Counted from the stretch's first letter, positions 40,779 to 50,178 are shown. The stretch is DNA of 64,000 nucleotides from Candidatus Gottesmanbacteria bacterium (GCA_963809665.1 CAWEKC010000004.1:37172-101171); one strand, 5' to 3'. The notes: generated by a model not told the origin, from the sequence alone. Numbers and translations: made by a program.

Positions 40779-40845
40779 ATATTAATTATTTATTAATTTC
40801 CCATAAATATCAATATCTATACCCTGCAGGCGAGCAAAATCTCAT

Positions 40846-40918
40846 ATTCACAAACTTCGAACTAACATCAGACTAAAAATAGCCTCGTAACCCGCGAGTA
40901 TCTGTTCGAAATCGTGTA
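40846..40918 (+). repeat. 73-bp cassette-end repeat, copy 1
   Basis: 62/73 identical (hand count) to 41251-41323. Confidence 0.9.
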
Positions 40919-41006
40919 GTATGGGGGTACAATTTAACCTTAATTTAGCCTCAAAATTGATTTCTTTTTGAATTGAGAGGACAATGTATTTGTAAGAAGA
41001 TATTTT

Positions 41007-41204
41007 ATGGAACTCACAACAAGATTTATCATTTTTGTTGCAATTATTATATCCGTTAATAATTTTGTGTTGTTTTATGCTATCCGGAACAAGGGGATAC
41101 ATTCAAAAATACCCTCGCTTGGCATGTTAGTATTTTTGATTAGTCTTATTGAAATAGTGGCAATTGGAATATATATTTATATCCACTTAGGAAATAGATT
41201 CTAA
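41007..41204 (+). CDS. Small two-helix membrane protein
   Basis: 65-aa hydrophobic ORF between the 73-bp repeats. Confidence 0.55.
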   Translation: MELTTRFIIFVAIIISVNNFVLFYAIRNKGIHSKIPSLGMLVFLISLIEIVAIGIYIYIHLGNRF

Positions 41205-41250
41205 CGTCTCTCACTAGGCAAAACCATTATTGGTTCACTGTATAACTCAA

Positions 41251-41323
41251 ATTCACCAACTTCGAACTAAAATTTGGTTGAAAATAGCCTCGTAGCCGAT
41301 GAGTATCTGTTCGAAATCGTGTA
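41251..41323 (+). repeat. 73-bp cassette-end repeat, copy 2
   Basis: Ungapped match to 40846-40918. Confidence 0.9.
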
Positions 41324-41351
41324 AAATAGAAGTAGAATAAAGTATCTTGAT

Positions 41352-41855
41352 ATGAAACCTCTTGAGACAGAAGAACGGATTGAGAAAGAGTTTCATGTAT
41401 CGTGGTATATCGTTGTCTACAAGCTTCTTTTCGGCGCCATGGAATTCCTTTTAGGAATAAGCATCACGTTGTTCGGGAAGTCGGCGCTTCATTGGTATCG
41501 CATAGTAGCAGTACAGGAACTTTCTGAGGATCCGCACGACGTACTAGTGCGTTTAACGGAACATGTCGTACCCAATATATTAACCCACAATACGTTCATA
41601 GCACTGTATCTCATCATTTTGGGTTCGGCAAAAATAGCCGGAGCAATCGGTTTAATGTACAAACAGTACTGGGGCGTGGATCTGCTTGTGGGACTAACGT
41701 TCATTATGCTTCCCTTTCAGCTTGTCCAGTTGGTGATGCATCCCTCAGTCCCAGATCTTCTTTATATTGTAACCGGGCTTCTGATCGCCCTGTATCTCGT
41801 CAATTTCCGCCCGCATGAATGGGCAAAACGAATAACAAAACATATTACTCATTGA
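41352..41855 (+). CDS. DUF2127-like membrane protein
   Basis: YKLLFGAME..G, ELSEDPHD, K...GL..K.YW. Confidence 0.7.
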   Translation: MKPLETEERIEKEFHVSWYIVVYKLLFGAMEFLLGISITLFGKSALHWYRIVAVQELSEDPHDVLVRLTEHVVPNILTHNTFIALYLIILGSAKIAGAIGLMYKQYWGVDLLVGLTFIMLPFQLVQLVMHPSVPDLLYIVTGLLIALYLVNFRPHEWAKRITKHITH

Positions 41856-43585
41856 TGCACTGAATACTGCAACACAAAGGATTGTAAGCCTAAAGGTACT
41901 GAAAACTTATACATTGATGGCAAATACGATGTATCTTCTCTGTCATGTACCTGTAAACCATTTAGTAGTATCGTAGATCCTTTTGGTTCTGTCGTCAGCG
42001 TATACCGCCCTGTAATGTACAGTGAAAATGTGTCGGACGGAATAGTAAATGCCGGTAATCCATGTAGATTATATTGGATACATTCGGATTGCCTGCAGAA
42101 AAACGTAACCCCAGGCGTGTAAATTTTAAACCACGGACTCAGAAGATAATGTGTGAGAATGAATTGAAGATCGTTGGCCTTGGGAGTCCAAAAAATATAC
42201 CCCTGTTGATCCAAAACAATATATTTAGTCTGCGTCCGAATGAGCGATTCAGTTAACGTTTCAGCATTGGGATATATTTTATCAATGACAGATGCATATA
42301 ACGGAAAGTTATACGTAAACCCGTTTAGACGGTACACATAAGAACCGACAAGATCAACAACCGGTTCATTTTTTGGAATATGTTCATGTACTTGCTTTAA
42401 TACTTCCAGCTGTTCGGTATCCGTAGGAATACTCCGTTCGAGATATTGAAGCAGAAAACTTATTGATATAAATCCGAGAAACAGTAACAGAGCGGTATAC
42501 TTTAATATAGGTCCAAAAAACTCATTCTCCTTTATTGACCTAATAAAAGTAAAAATAGATTCTAATGCATATGCTGCCGTAATTGAAAAAACCACAGACA
42601 AAGGAATGAAATATTGGACAAACGGACGTTCTAATATACCAAGAAAAACTAATGCAAATATCACAAACACCGCTATAAATATTCCGAACCGGCGGTTCTT
42701 AGCGATGACTAACGGTATTCCCGTCAAACCAAGCAGCCAGAAGCTTATCTGTATAATCCATGGCAATGATATCCCTCCGTTCTTGAGATATATGAGTGGC
42801 CAGGGGCCTAAAGCATTAAAAAAAGAAAATGAACTTCCTAAAGCATAATTATAGATAACTGATGTACGCATAATATCGTTCCATGCAACGAATAGTGCGT
42901 TATGTAGTATTAAATAAAAAATAAAGAGTACAAACGGAATCATGAAACCGGTAATAAAAGGCAGTATGTGTTCATTGATAAATTCATGTATATGTTTTTG
43001 CCGATACGTAGAAAAAATTAGATAGATAAGGGCAGGAAACGCATAAATCATTTTCAGTAATACGAGACAACTTGCCGAGATTAACATACCGGCAATAAAG
43101 AATTTTTTATGATCGTGTCTGTCAGATACGAACAGTAAATAGACGCCGGTAAAATAAAGGAGTGTCATGAGCGTGTCCGGTCGAATGTCAATTGTTTTAT
43201 CAAACGTCATCGGGAAAATTACAAAAATAAGGCAGGAAATTATTCCCAAAATACGATTCCGGGATAGTGCATACACGATCCTGTACAGGATATAGACGAG
43301 GGCAACGTATATACACCAGATTAATACTCTCATCACAAGTATAAGATACGGGCCCTCGGGAAGAATAAACACAATGGAAAATAGCCAGTGAAATAACGGA
43401 GTGAAAAAATAAAAAAAATCTTTATACGGTACTTCTCCCCTGAAAACAAGATACGCCCAGTTGGCATGAGCCATCTCGTCCGGGTCAAAAAAACGTTCAA
43501 ATCCAACGTGCAGTCTGCCGAATAATAGAACTACGAGTAATACAATGGGAATATATAACAAATATAACTTTTTAAACATATTCAT
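41849..43585 (-). CDS. Polytopic GT-C (ArnT/PMT-like) glycosyltransferase
   Basis: FDPDEMAH, G.VPYKDFF..TPL, IRPD; many TM helices. Confidence 0.75.
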   Translation of the reverse strand: MNMFKKLYLLYIPIVLLVVLLFGRLHVGFERFFDPDEMAHANWAYLVFRGEVPYKDFFYFFTPLFHWLFSIVFILPEGPYLILVMRVLIWCIYVALVYILYRIVYALSRNRILGIISCLIFVIFPMTFDKTIDIRPDTLMTLLYFTGVYLLFVSDRHDHKKFFIAGMLISASCLVLLKMIYAFPALIYLIFSTYRQKHIHEFINEHILPFITGFMIPFVLFIFYLILHNALFVAWNDIMRTSVIYNYALGSSFSFFNALGPWPLIYLKNGGISLPWIIQISFWLLGLTGIPLVIAKNRRFGIFIAVFVIFALVFLGILERPFVQYFIPLSVVFSITAAYALESIFTFIRSIKENEFFGPILKYTALLLFLGFISISFLLQYLERSIPTDTEQLEVLKQVHEHIPKNEPVVDLVGSYVYRLNGFTYNFPLYASVIDKIYPNAETLTESLIRTQTKYIVLDQQGYIFWTPKANDLQFILTHYLLSPWFKIYTPGVTFFCRQSECIQYNLHGLPAFTIPSDTFSLYITGRYTLTTEPKGSTILLNGLQVHDREDTSYLPSMYKFSVPLGLQSFVLQYSVHQ

Positions 43586-43715
43586 GGCAGAAAGTTCTCT
43601 GTAATACGGCCATAGTTGAGGGACAAAAGGATCGTAAAAACAGTGTTAAGAGGTATTTCGACTTTTCGCATACAACCATCATACCATGGTTTATTTGCAG
43701 TTTAATGAAGTGCTG

Positions 43716-44072
43716 TTATATCAGTTTCACGCTTTGCGTAAGCGTTGTTCCCCACCTGAGCATGCGGTTTGCCCAGGCGCTGTGGTTAGTAATACCTGCG
43801 CGGTACTCTTTTTCGAGCCGCCCGAATGAGTGATTGAATTTCTGAAAACCGGAATCAAAAGAGGGCGAAACGGGAAAACCCAACAGTGCATTGAGATTTT
43901 TACGGGTAAGCTTGAGGAATAACTCAATTCTCGGCTGTTCTTTGTCAAAACTTTTTTGCGCCCAGAGACCGATTTGCGTCAAATTATCGGCTGTATCCAT
44001 CAGGAGGTCACGTTCAGTTGCGGGAGAAAAATTACTGTGTGTTGAATTTTGAATTATATACATACTATACAC
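43716..44072 (-). CDS. Hypothetical protein
   Basis: 118-aa ORF directly after helicase. Confidence 0.6.
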   Translation of the reverse strand: MYSMYIIQNSTHSNFSPATERDLLMDTADNLTQIGLWAQKSFDKEQPRIELFLKLTRKNLNALLGFPVSPSFDSGFQKFNHSFGRLEKEYRAGITNHSAWANRMLRWGTTLTQSVKLI

Positions 44073-44074
44073 GG

Positions 44075-45265
44075 CTACTCGATAAAGGTCAATGCCACGC
44101 CGCGCTTGCTTGCGCGTCCTGTGCGTCCGATGCGGTGAATGTAGTCATCCATGGTTTCCGGAAGATCATAGTTTATAACATGAGATACGTCCGGTATGTC
44201 CAGGCCGCGGCTTGCAACATCCGTCGCCAGTAAAATCTGGATTTCATTGTGGACAAACTGGTCCAACACATGTTGCCGCTGGCCCTGGCGTTTATTTCCA
44301 TGAATGGCACCGGTTTTGATACCGCGTTTGGCAAGTTCATCCGCTACTTTTTGCACCCCGTGCTTTGTCCTGCCGAAAACAAGCACTTTAGAGAACTCAC
44401 GCTTCTTCAGGAGTTCATGCAATGTATCCACTTTAGTCGCGTTACCTGAAACCCGTATAATATCCTGCGCGATTTGTGATTGCGTTGCTTCAGATTTCAG
44501 GAAAATGCGGAGCGGGTTTCGTACAAAATCTGCGAGTAGTTCCCCGGCTTTCCCGGAAATCGTCGCTGAAAAAAACAGCGACTGGCGCGCAATTGGCAAA
44601 AGGGAAATAAAATAGTTAATTTCCTTAATAAATCCAATATCTACCATCCTGTCCGCCTCATCAAGGACGACATTACGGAACCCGGACAGGCGGATGACTC
44701 TGTTTTCGATAAACTCTTTGAGTCTCCCGGGTGTGGCGATCACAAAATGCGGGTCATCCTGTATATCTCTTTTCTGGCGCCATTCGTTTGCACCTCCGAT
44801 AAGAAGGGCACTGCGGATAGAGAGTCCGCGGGCAAAATCCCTCAGTTCATTGTGAATCTGGAAAGCCAGCTCCCGCGTCGGCGCGACGACAAGCACCCGC
44901 TGTGCGCGGTCGGATGATACTTTTTGGACAAGAGGGATCAAAAAGGCAGCAGTTTTACCGGTGCCGGTATTGGAGACGCCGATAATATCTCGATTCCCCA
45001 ACACCGCGGGAATTACTTCAGTCTGGATAGGAGTTAAGGCGGAAAATCCTTTTGCCCGGATATTTTCATACAGCACCGGTGTGAGGTGAAAATCAGCAAA
45101 GGTGACAGTCGCAGCTGTCGTGCCTTCCATAGACCGCTCATTACCTGCAGTCTGCTTACTTTGGGCAATTGCAGCTAAGAGCAAATGCTTAGGCACGCTT
45201 TTTACGACCCGTGATTGGCCTCCTCTGAATCTGTTGAAATGATGAGACCGATTCGTATACTGCAT
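44075..45265 (-). CDS. DEAD-box RNA helicase
   Basis: TGTGKT, PTRELA, TPGRL, LDEAD, SAT, HRIGRTGR. Confidence 0.96.
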   Translation of the reverse strand: MQYTNRSHHFNRFRGGQSRVVKSVPKHLLLAAIAQSKQTAGNERSMEGTTAATVTFADFHLTPVLYENIRAKGFSALTPIQTEVIPAVLGNRDIIGVSNTGTGKTAAFLIPLVQKVSSDRAQRVLVVAPTRELAFQIHNELRDFARGLSIRSALLIGGANEWRQKRDIQDDPHFVIATPGRLKEFIENRVIRLSGFRNVVLDEADRMVDIGFIKEINYFISLLPIARQSLFFSATISGKAGELLADFVRNPLRIFLKSEATQSQIAQDIIRVSGNATKVDTLHELLKKREFSKVLVFGRTKHGVQKVADELAKRGIKTGAIHGNKRQGQRQHVLDQFVHNEIQILLATDVASRGLDIPDVSHVINYDLPETMDDYIHRIGRTGRASKRGVALTFIE

Positions 45266-45429
45266 AGGCTGAAAATTTTAAAAAAATACAACTGCTTAAA
45301 AAATGAATATAGAACTGAAATGGGGAAAAGACGCGGATTTAAAAATTAACTTGAGGCGTTTTTTCTCTTACACTTCTTAGACCTAACTCTATTAAGCAGA
45401 TGTATTGTTTCAATACAACTGCATAAAGG

Positions 45430-45458
45430 ATTATATCACATTGTGACGACGATAACAA
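45430..45458 (-). promoter_or_regulatory. sigma70 promoter of helicase (about 160-nt 5' UTR)
   Basis: Minus strand TTGTTA-17-TATAAT with TG extension. Confidence 0.7.
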
Positions 45459-45517
45459 CAGACACGCTGCGATCCGATATTTGTAATGTGTGCGGCAATT
45501 ATATATGATCGTGTTCC

Positions 45518-46831
45518 ATGACAGAGGCAGCAGCCCAGATTATTGTTGTTTTACTTCTCATCGCATTGACCGCGTATTTTGCAGCTTCTGAATACGCTAT
45601 AGTCGCTGTACGTAAATCACGTATTGACGAGCTTGTTAAAAAGGGCGACACAATGGCAAAATTAATACAGAGGGCGCTTGAAAGGCGGGAAGATTATATA
45701 TTTACGACACAAATAGGGACTACAATTACCAGTTTGTTATTAGGCTGGATCGGCCAGCCGTTCCTCGCAAAATTTCTTCTGTCATTTGTAAGCTTTTTAC
45801 CTCAGGGCCACGCATTAGCGGTTGCAAATGCAGTTTCAGTTATTGTAGCCCTCATTTTACTTACTGTAATCGTTATCGTATTCGGTGAACTGCTGCCCAA
45901 AACGTTCACGCTTTATCATACCGAGATCGTATCGTATGCCATCATTACACCGCTTGTTGTACTCGTAAATCTTCTTAACCCGTTTGTGCGTTTATTACAT
46001 AAGTTTAACACCGTAATCCTACGGGTATTCGGTCTCAGTAAGGATAAAAACATACCGCCCGGCTATTCTAAGGAAGAAGTGGGTATTATTTTGGAACAAC
46101 TGCAGCAAACCGGTGACGTGAAAAAGGAGGGAATGGACATGTTGCATAACGTATTTTCACTTTCCGATAAAACCATAAAATCCATCATGACACCCCGCAC
46201 GGAAATTACTGCGCTTGAGGTTAGTGCAACACTATCGACCGTTCTTCTCCATGTAAATGAGTCGTACAGCAGGTATCCCGTATATAAAAAATCCCTCGAT
46301 AATCTCGTCGGATTTATCCATACGAAAGATGTCTACAAAAAGTTGGCCCTCGGCATGAAAGGGGATATCCCGTTGTCCAAAATGGCCATTATCCGTGACG
46401 TTATCAATATTCCTGAAACCAAACGGGTCGATAAAGTACTCCTGGATATGCGGAAAAAGCGCATTCATCTTGCCGCGGTGTACGATGAGTTCGGCGTCAT
46501 GGTCGGAATCGTCACGCTTGAAGATATTATTGAAACCCTTGTCGGGGACATCCAGGACGAATTCGATGTCCCGGTGAAAGGTATCCGGCGAAATGCTGAC
46601 GGCACGTACATGATCGAGGGCAATATGTCAGCGGAACATATTCAAAGGCGCTTTCGCCTTCCGATTAAAGGTCACGGGTACCGTACTATCGGCGGGGTAC
46701 TCTTCGGGTTACTCGGACGTGAGCCAAGGGTAGGAGATCAGCTTGAAATCGGCCACCTTATATTCGAAGTGATAGCGACGCAGGGCAAACGGATTACACG
46801 GGTGCGGCTAAAACGTCAGGTTAAAAAATAG
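45518..46831 (+). CDS. CNNM/CBS/CorC (hemolysin-family) protein
   Basis: FAASEYA, GELLPK, IMTPR, YSRYPV, DEFG..GIVTLEDIIE.LVGDI.DE. Confidence 0.93.
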   Translation: MTEAAAQIIVVLLLIALTAYFAASEYAIVAVRKSRIDELVKKGDTMAKLIQRALERREDYIFTTQIGTTITSLLLGWIGQPFLAKFLLSFVSFLPQGHALAVANAVSVIVALILLTVIVIVFGELLPKTFTLYHTEIVSYAIITPLVVLVNLLNPFVRLLHKFNTVILRVFGLSKDKNIPPGYSKEEVGIILEQLQQTGDVKKEGMDMLHNVFSLSDKTIKSIMTPRTEITALEVSATLSTVLLHVNESYSRYPVYKKSLDNLVGFIHTKDVYKKLALGMKGDIPLSKMAIIRDVINIPETKRVDKVLLDMRKKRIHLAAVYDEFGVMVGIVTLEDIIETLVGDIQDEFDVPVKGIRRNADGTYMIEGNMSAEHIQRRFRLPIKGHGYRTIGGVLFGLLGREPRVGDQLEIGHLIFEVIATQGKRITRVRLKRQVKK

Positions 46832-47388
46832 CATCGTCTGCAGCGCGGTTGATACGTATCTAACTCCCCGACGAGAGACGGGTCCGCCATATGAGGGTTA
46901 ACGGTCTTTCCCCTGATGATTCTCTTGTGATAGACCGCTTCTTCGCCGCACCGGGCACAGACCGCCGAAAGTTTGGTCACTTTATCCGCCATGCTCATTA
47001 AGGCCGGAATCGGGGCGAAGGGTTCACGGTCGTAGGTAAGAGCGAGTCCTGCAACCAGCACCTTTTTTCCTTTTTTAAGAAGCGTTTCTATGACCGGTAT
47101 TAAATCCGTCCCGAACCATTGGGCTTCATCTATTGCGACAATTTCGGTCTTCGGGTGAACATGCCTCAAAATTGCACGCGCAGATGAAACAACATCTGAT
47201 TCAAACGTTAATCCTGCGTGAGAAAATAATTTTTTATCTCGCCCGTAGCGCGTGTCGATTGCATGCTTAAACACCTGAATCTTTTTCCTGGCAATGGCCC
47301 CGCGCCGCACCTGGCGGATGAGTTCTTCGGTTTTGCCGCAGAACATAGGTCCGGCAATGACTTCTAAATACCCGTTTTGTTTTTTCAT
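46816..47388 (-). CDS. tdk: Thymidine kinase
   Basis: GPMFCGKTEEL, IDEAQW, CARC...RCRRC. Confidence 0.95.
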   Translation of the reverse strand: MKKQNGYLEVIAGPMFCGKTEELIRQVRRGAIARKKIQVFKHAIDTRYGRDKKLFSHAGLTFESDVVSSARAILRHVHPKTEIVAIDEAQWFGTDLIPVIETLLKKGKKVLVAGLALTYDREPFAPIPALMSMADKVTKLSAVCARCGEEAVYHKRIIRGKTVNPHMADPSLVGELDTYQPRCRRCYFLT

Positions 47389-47466
47389 TCGGTTTATTTT
47401 AACCATTTTTGATACAGTTATACATAATTGACGGTATCTATTTTCGGGTTTATTATGGACTTACGT

Positions 47467-47721
47467 ATGGCAGAGGATATCAATGAATCCGTTTCGGTTA
47501 CGTTGTGGAGCAATCATACCACAAACAAAATTTTACCATATAGCCTGTATTGGCACGGCCGGCGCTACCAGATAACGACAGTCGGACTTCATCATACCGT
47601 CCGTGAAGGAAGAGTCCTCTGCCACATATTTTCAGTAACCGACGGAGCGACATTTTTTAAATTAAAATTCGATACGGAAACACTCTTGTGGAAACTGCTG
47701 GAGGTGGAACATGGAGTTTAA
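47467..47721 (+). CDS. Small beta-rich protein upstream of dinB
   Basis: P..LYWHGRRY.I...HIFSV..FKLKFD...W.L; promoter TTGACG-17-TATTAT at 47428-47456. Confidence 0.7.
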   Translation: MAEDINESVSVTLWSNHTTNKILPYSLYWHGRRYQITTVGLHHTVREGRVLCHIFSVTDGATFFKLKFDTETLLWKLLEVEHGV

Positions 47722-48916
47722 TCCCGCCGCCGCCACCGTCATGCACATAGATCTTAACTCCTGCTTCGCCACGATCGAGCAGCAGGCAAACCCCCTTTTC
47801 AGGGGACACCCGTTGGTCGTGGCCGCGTATACCACCGACCGGGGATGCATACTGGCCGCGTCTGTCGAGGCAAAACGGTTGGGGATTTCTACGGGAATGC
47901 GCGTGGGGGAAGGGAAACACCTGTATCCCCGGCTTATTGTCCGACCGAGTGATCCGCCGAAATACCGCTTTGTGAACCGGAAGTTGCTTGTACTGCTTCA
48001 GGAGTACAGTGAGCGGGTTGAGGTAAAATCAATCGATGAGATGGTTATACAATTATCGGGTATCAGGAATCCGACGGCTATTGCAAAAGAAATAAAACAG
48101 AAAATAAAAAGTGAGATTGGCGAGTGGCTGACGGTCTCTATCGGCATTTCCACCAACCGGTATCTGGCAAAAATAGCCTCAAATCTGCATAAACCCGACG
48201 GACTGGACGTTATCGACGCCGCGAATATCGGGCACACGCTGGGCTCGCTGCAGCTCGAGGAATTAACCGGCATTAAAGAGGGCTACGGCACCAGACTGCG
48301 CCGGCACGGCATCTATTCGCCTCTTGCCATGTATAGAGCTTCCAGTGAGGTTCTAGTGACTGCATTCGGGTCAAAAATAGGGCGCGACTGGTCCCTCATG
48401 CTCCACGGCTGGGAATCGGATCTGTATGACCGCGATACCACGAAAACCATCGGCCATTCGTACGCTCTTCCAAAGGGCTACCTCACGTCCGACGTCCGTT
48501 TGCATCAAATTTTGTCCCAACTGGTGGAAAAAATGGGCAGGCGCGTGCGGGAAGGTCACTACAGTGCAGGAGGAATCCGCGTTGCGGCCGTTTTTGGCGA
48601 TCACACCTACTGGAATCACGGGGAAAAACTGGACCAAGCGATATTTGCAAGCCGGGATTTATACTATGCTGCGCTCACTCTATTAAATAAAGCGCCGGAA
48701 AAATCCGTAAAACTGCTCGCGGTCTCCGCCTATTTTTTATCGGATCAAAATCAGGAACAACTGGAGTTGTTTGAAAAAACCAACCGGAAACGTGCGCTGG
48801 CGGCTGCGCTGGACGCGATAGCCGACCGCTGGGGGGAGTTCACCGTAACCCCTGCACGGATGCTTGCTATGGAACACAGGGTGCTTGACAGGATTGCATT
48901 CGGTGGGGTACGCTAA
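47711..48916 (+). CDS. dinB: Y-family DNA polymerase IV
   Basis: HIDLNSCFATIEQ, AASVEAK, SIDE, LAKIAS..KPDG. Confidence 0.93.
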   Translation: MEFNPAAATVMHIDLNSCFATIEQQANPLFRGHPLVVAAYTTDRGCILAASVEAKRLGISTGMRVGEGKHLYPRLIVRPSDPPKYRFVNRKLLVLLQEYSERVEVKSIDEMVIQLSGIRNPTAIAKEIKQKIKSEIGEWLTVSIGISTNRYLAKIASNLHKPDGLDVIDAANIGHTLGSLQLEELTGIKEGYGTRLRRHGIYSPLAMYRASSEVLVTAFGSKIGRDWSLMLHGWESDLYDRDTTKTIGHSYALPKGYLTSDVRLHQILSQLVEKMGRRVREGHYSAGGIRVAAVFGDHTYWNHGEKLDQAIFASRDLYYAALTLLNKAPEKSVKLLAVSAYFLSDQNQEQLELFEKTNRKRALAAALDAIADRWGEFTVTPARMLAMEHRVLDRIAFGGVR

Positions 48917-48930
48917 ATAGCATTACAAAA

Positions 48931-49043
48931 AATCAAGAGTGACGGGGAGAGATCTCACTCGATAATCCGTCCAGCAACCGATTCCGACTGAAGCGTCGAG
49001 AACACGGTGCTCCAATGAGTCCCGGTGTTTCAACCGGGAGATT
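48931..49043 (+). ncRNA. SAM-I (S-box) riboswitch
   Basis: ATCAAGAG...GCAACC...GGTGCT...GAT core, CTCA/TGAG pseudoknot, P4 TCCCGG/CCGGGA; upstream of metK. Confidence 0.88.
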
Positions 49044-49063
49044 AGCCCGAGGGAGGGAAACAT

Positions 49064-50173
49064 ATGATTACCTATTTCACTTCTGAATCAGTGGCAGCCG
49101 GACATCCAGATAAAATTTGCGACCAGATTTCCGATGCAGTGCTTGACGCGGCCCTATCGGCAGATTCCATGTCGCGCGTGGCCGTTGAAACGCTTGTGAC
49201 CGTCAACCGTGTGGTTATGGCAGGGGAAGTCACGTGCCCAAAAAAACTCGATTACGAATCGATTGCGCGCGACGTAATAAAATCATTGGGGTATACACGC
49301 GCAATCTATAAGTTTACTGACAAATCACCGGTTTCCGTTTATATCCACGAGCAGTCACCGGATATCGCCGCAGGCGTGAACGATGGCGGAGCAGGCGACC
49401 AGGGGATGATGTTCGGGTACGCAACGCGTGAAACCAAAGAATATATGCCGTTACCCATAATTCTGGCACACCGGTTGGTCGCCCGCATGGACGATGCGCG
49501 GGAGACGGGCACGCTTCCGTTCCTCCGGCCCGACGGGAAATCAGAGGTCAAAATACTCTATGAAAACGGCAAACCCACATCCGTAGAAAGTGTTGTTATA
49601 GCGGTACCGCACGATCCGGAAATAAATAATGAGATTTTAACAACCGCTCTTATAGCAAACATCATTACACCGGTTTTGTCCGAATATCATTGTAAAACAC
49701 CGCCGCGGACACGCATCATTATAAACGGAAGTCGCGGAAGGTGGGAGATCGGCGGGCCGGCATCTGATACCGGTGTTACGGGCCGGAAAATTATTGTTGA
49801 TACATACGGTGCATTCGCCCGGCACGGAGGCGGAGCGTTCAGCGGTAAGGATCCCACAAAAGTTGACCGGAGCGGCGCGTACGCCTGCCGGTACATTGCC
49901 AAAAATATCGTTGCTGCAGGCCTGGCTACACGGGCCGAAGTGCGTGTTGCGTATGTTATCGGGCAACGTAATCCTATCGACCGTGACATAGAAACATTCG
50001 GCACAGAAAAGAATAAACTGTCCGTCATCGAAGATTTCGCTTGGAAGCTTCTCGATATGTCCGTGTCCGGTATAGTAAACGGGCTCAACCTACGGCGACC
50101 CATATACAGGGAAACGGCGCGCTATGGCCATTTCGGGCGTGATAGCTTCCCGTGGGAAACGGTGGTAGAATAG
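49064..50173 (+). CDS. metK: S-adenosylmethionine synthetase
   Basis: FTSESV..GHPDKICDQISD, GAGDQG, GGGAFSGKD. Confidence 0.98.
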   Translation: MITYFTSESVAAGHPDKICDQISDAVLDAALSADSMSRVAVETLVTVNRVVMAGEVTCPKKLDYESIARDVIKSLGYTRAIYKFTDKSPVSVYIHEQSPDIAAGVNDGGAGDQGMMFGYATRETKEYMPLPIILAHRLVARMDDARETGTLPFLRPDGKSEVKILYENGKPTSVESVVIAVPHDPEINNEILTTALIANIITPVLSEYHCKTPPRTRIIINGSRGRWEIGGPASDTGVTGRKIIVDTYGAFARHGGGAFSGKDPTKVDRSGAYACRYIAKNIVAAGLATRAEVRVAYVIGQRNPIDRDIETFGTEKNKLSVIEDFAWKLLDMSVSGIVNGLNLRRPIYRETARYGHFGRDSFPWETVVE

Positions 50174-50178
50174 CCTGG

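Larger units (their letters stand above)
39447..41338. mobile_element. Small tRNA-Glu-integrated island (two tandem cassettes, no integrase)
   Basis: ATGGGGGTACAA at 39447-39458 and 40921-40932; duplicated left and right end sequences. Confidence 0.7.

Noticed and set aside
40848-41102. 84-aa minus-strand ORF across the cassette junction
   Set aside because: Spans att core and repeat and overlaps a more plausible plus-strand membrane ORF.
40846-41323. 73-bp repeats as CRISPR array or integron attC
   Set aside because: Only two copies, 405 bp apart, no cas or intI; ends do not fit RYYYAAC/GTTRRRY; better explained as tRNA-linked element ends.
47428-47466. TTG start for the small gene before dinB
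   Set aside because: That TTG is the -35 box of a consensus promoter; ATG 47467 is the plausible start.
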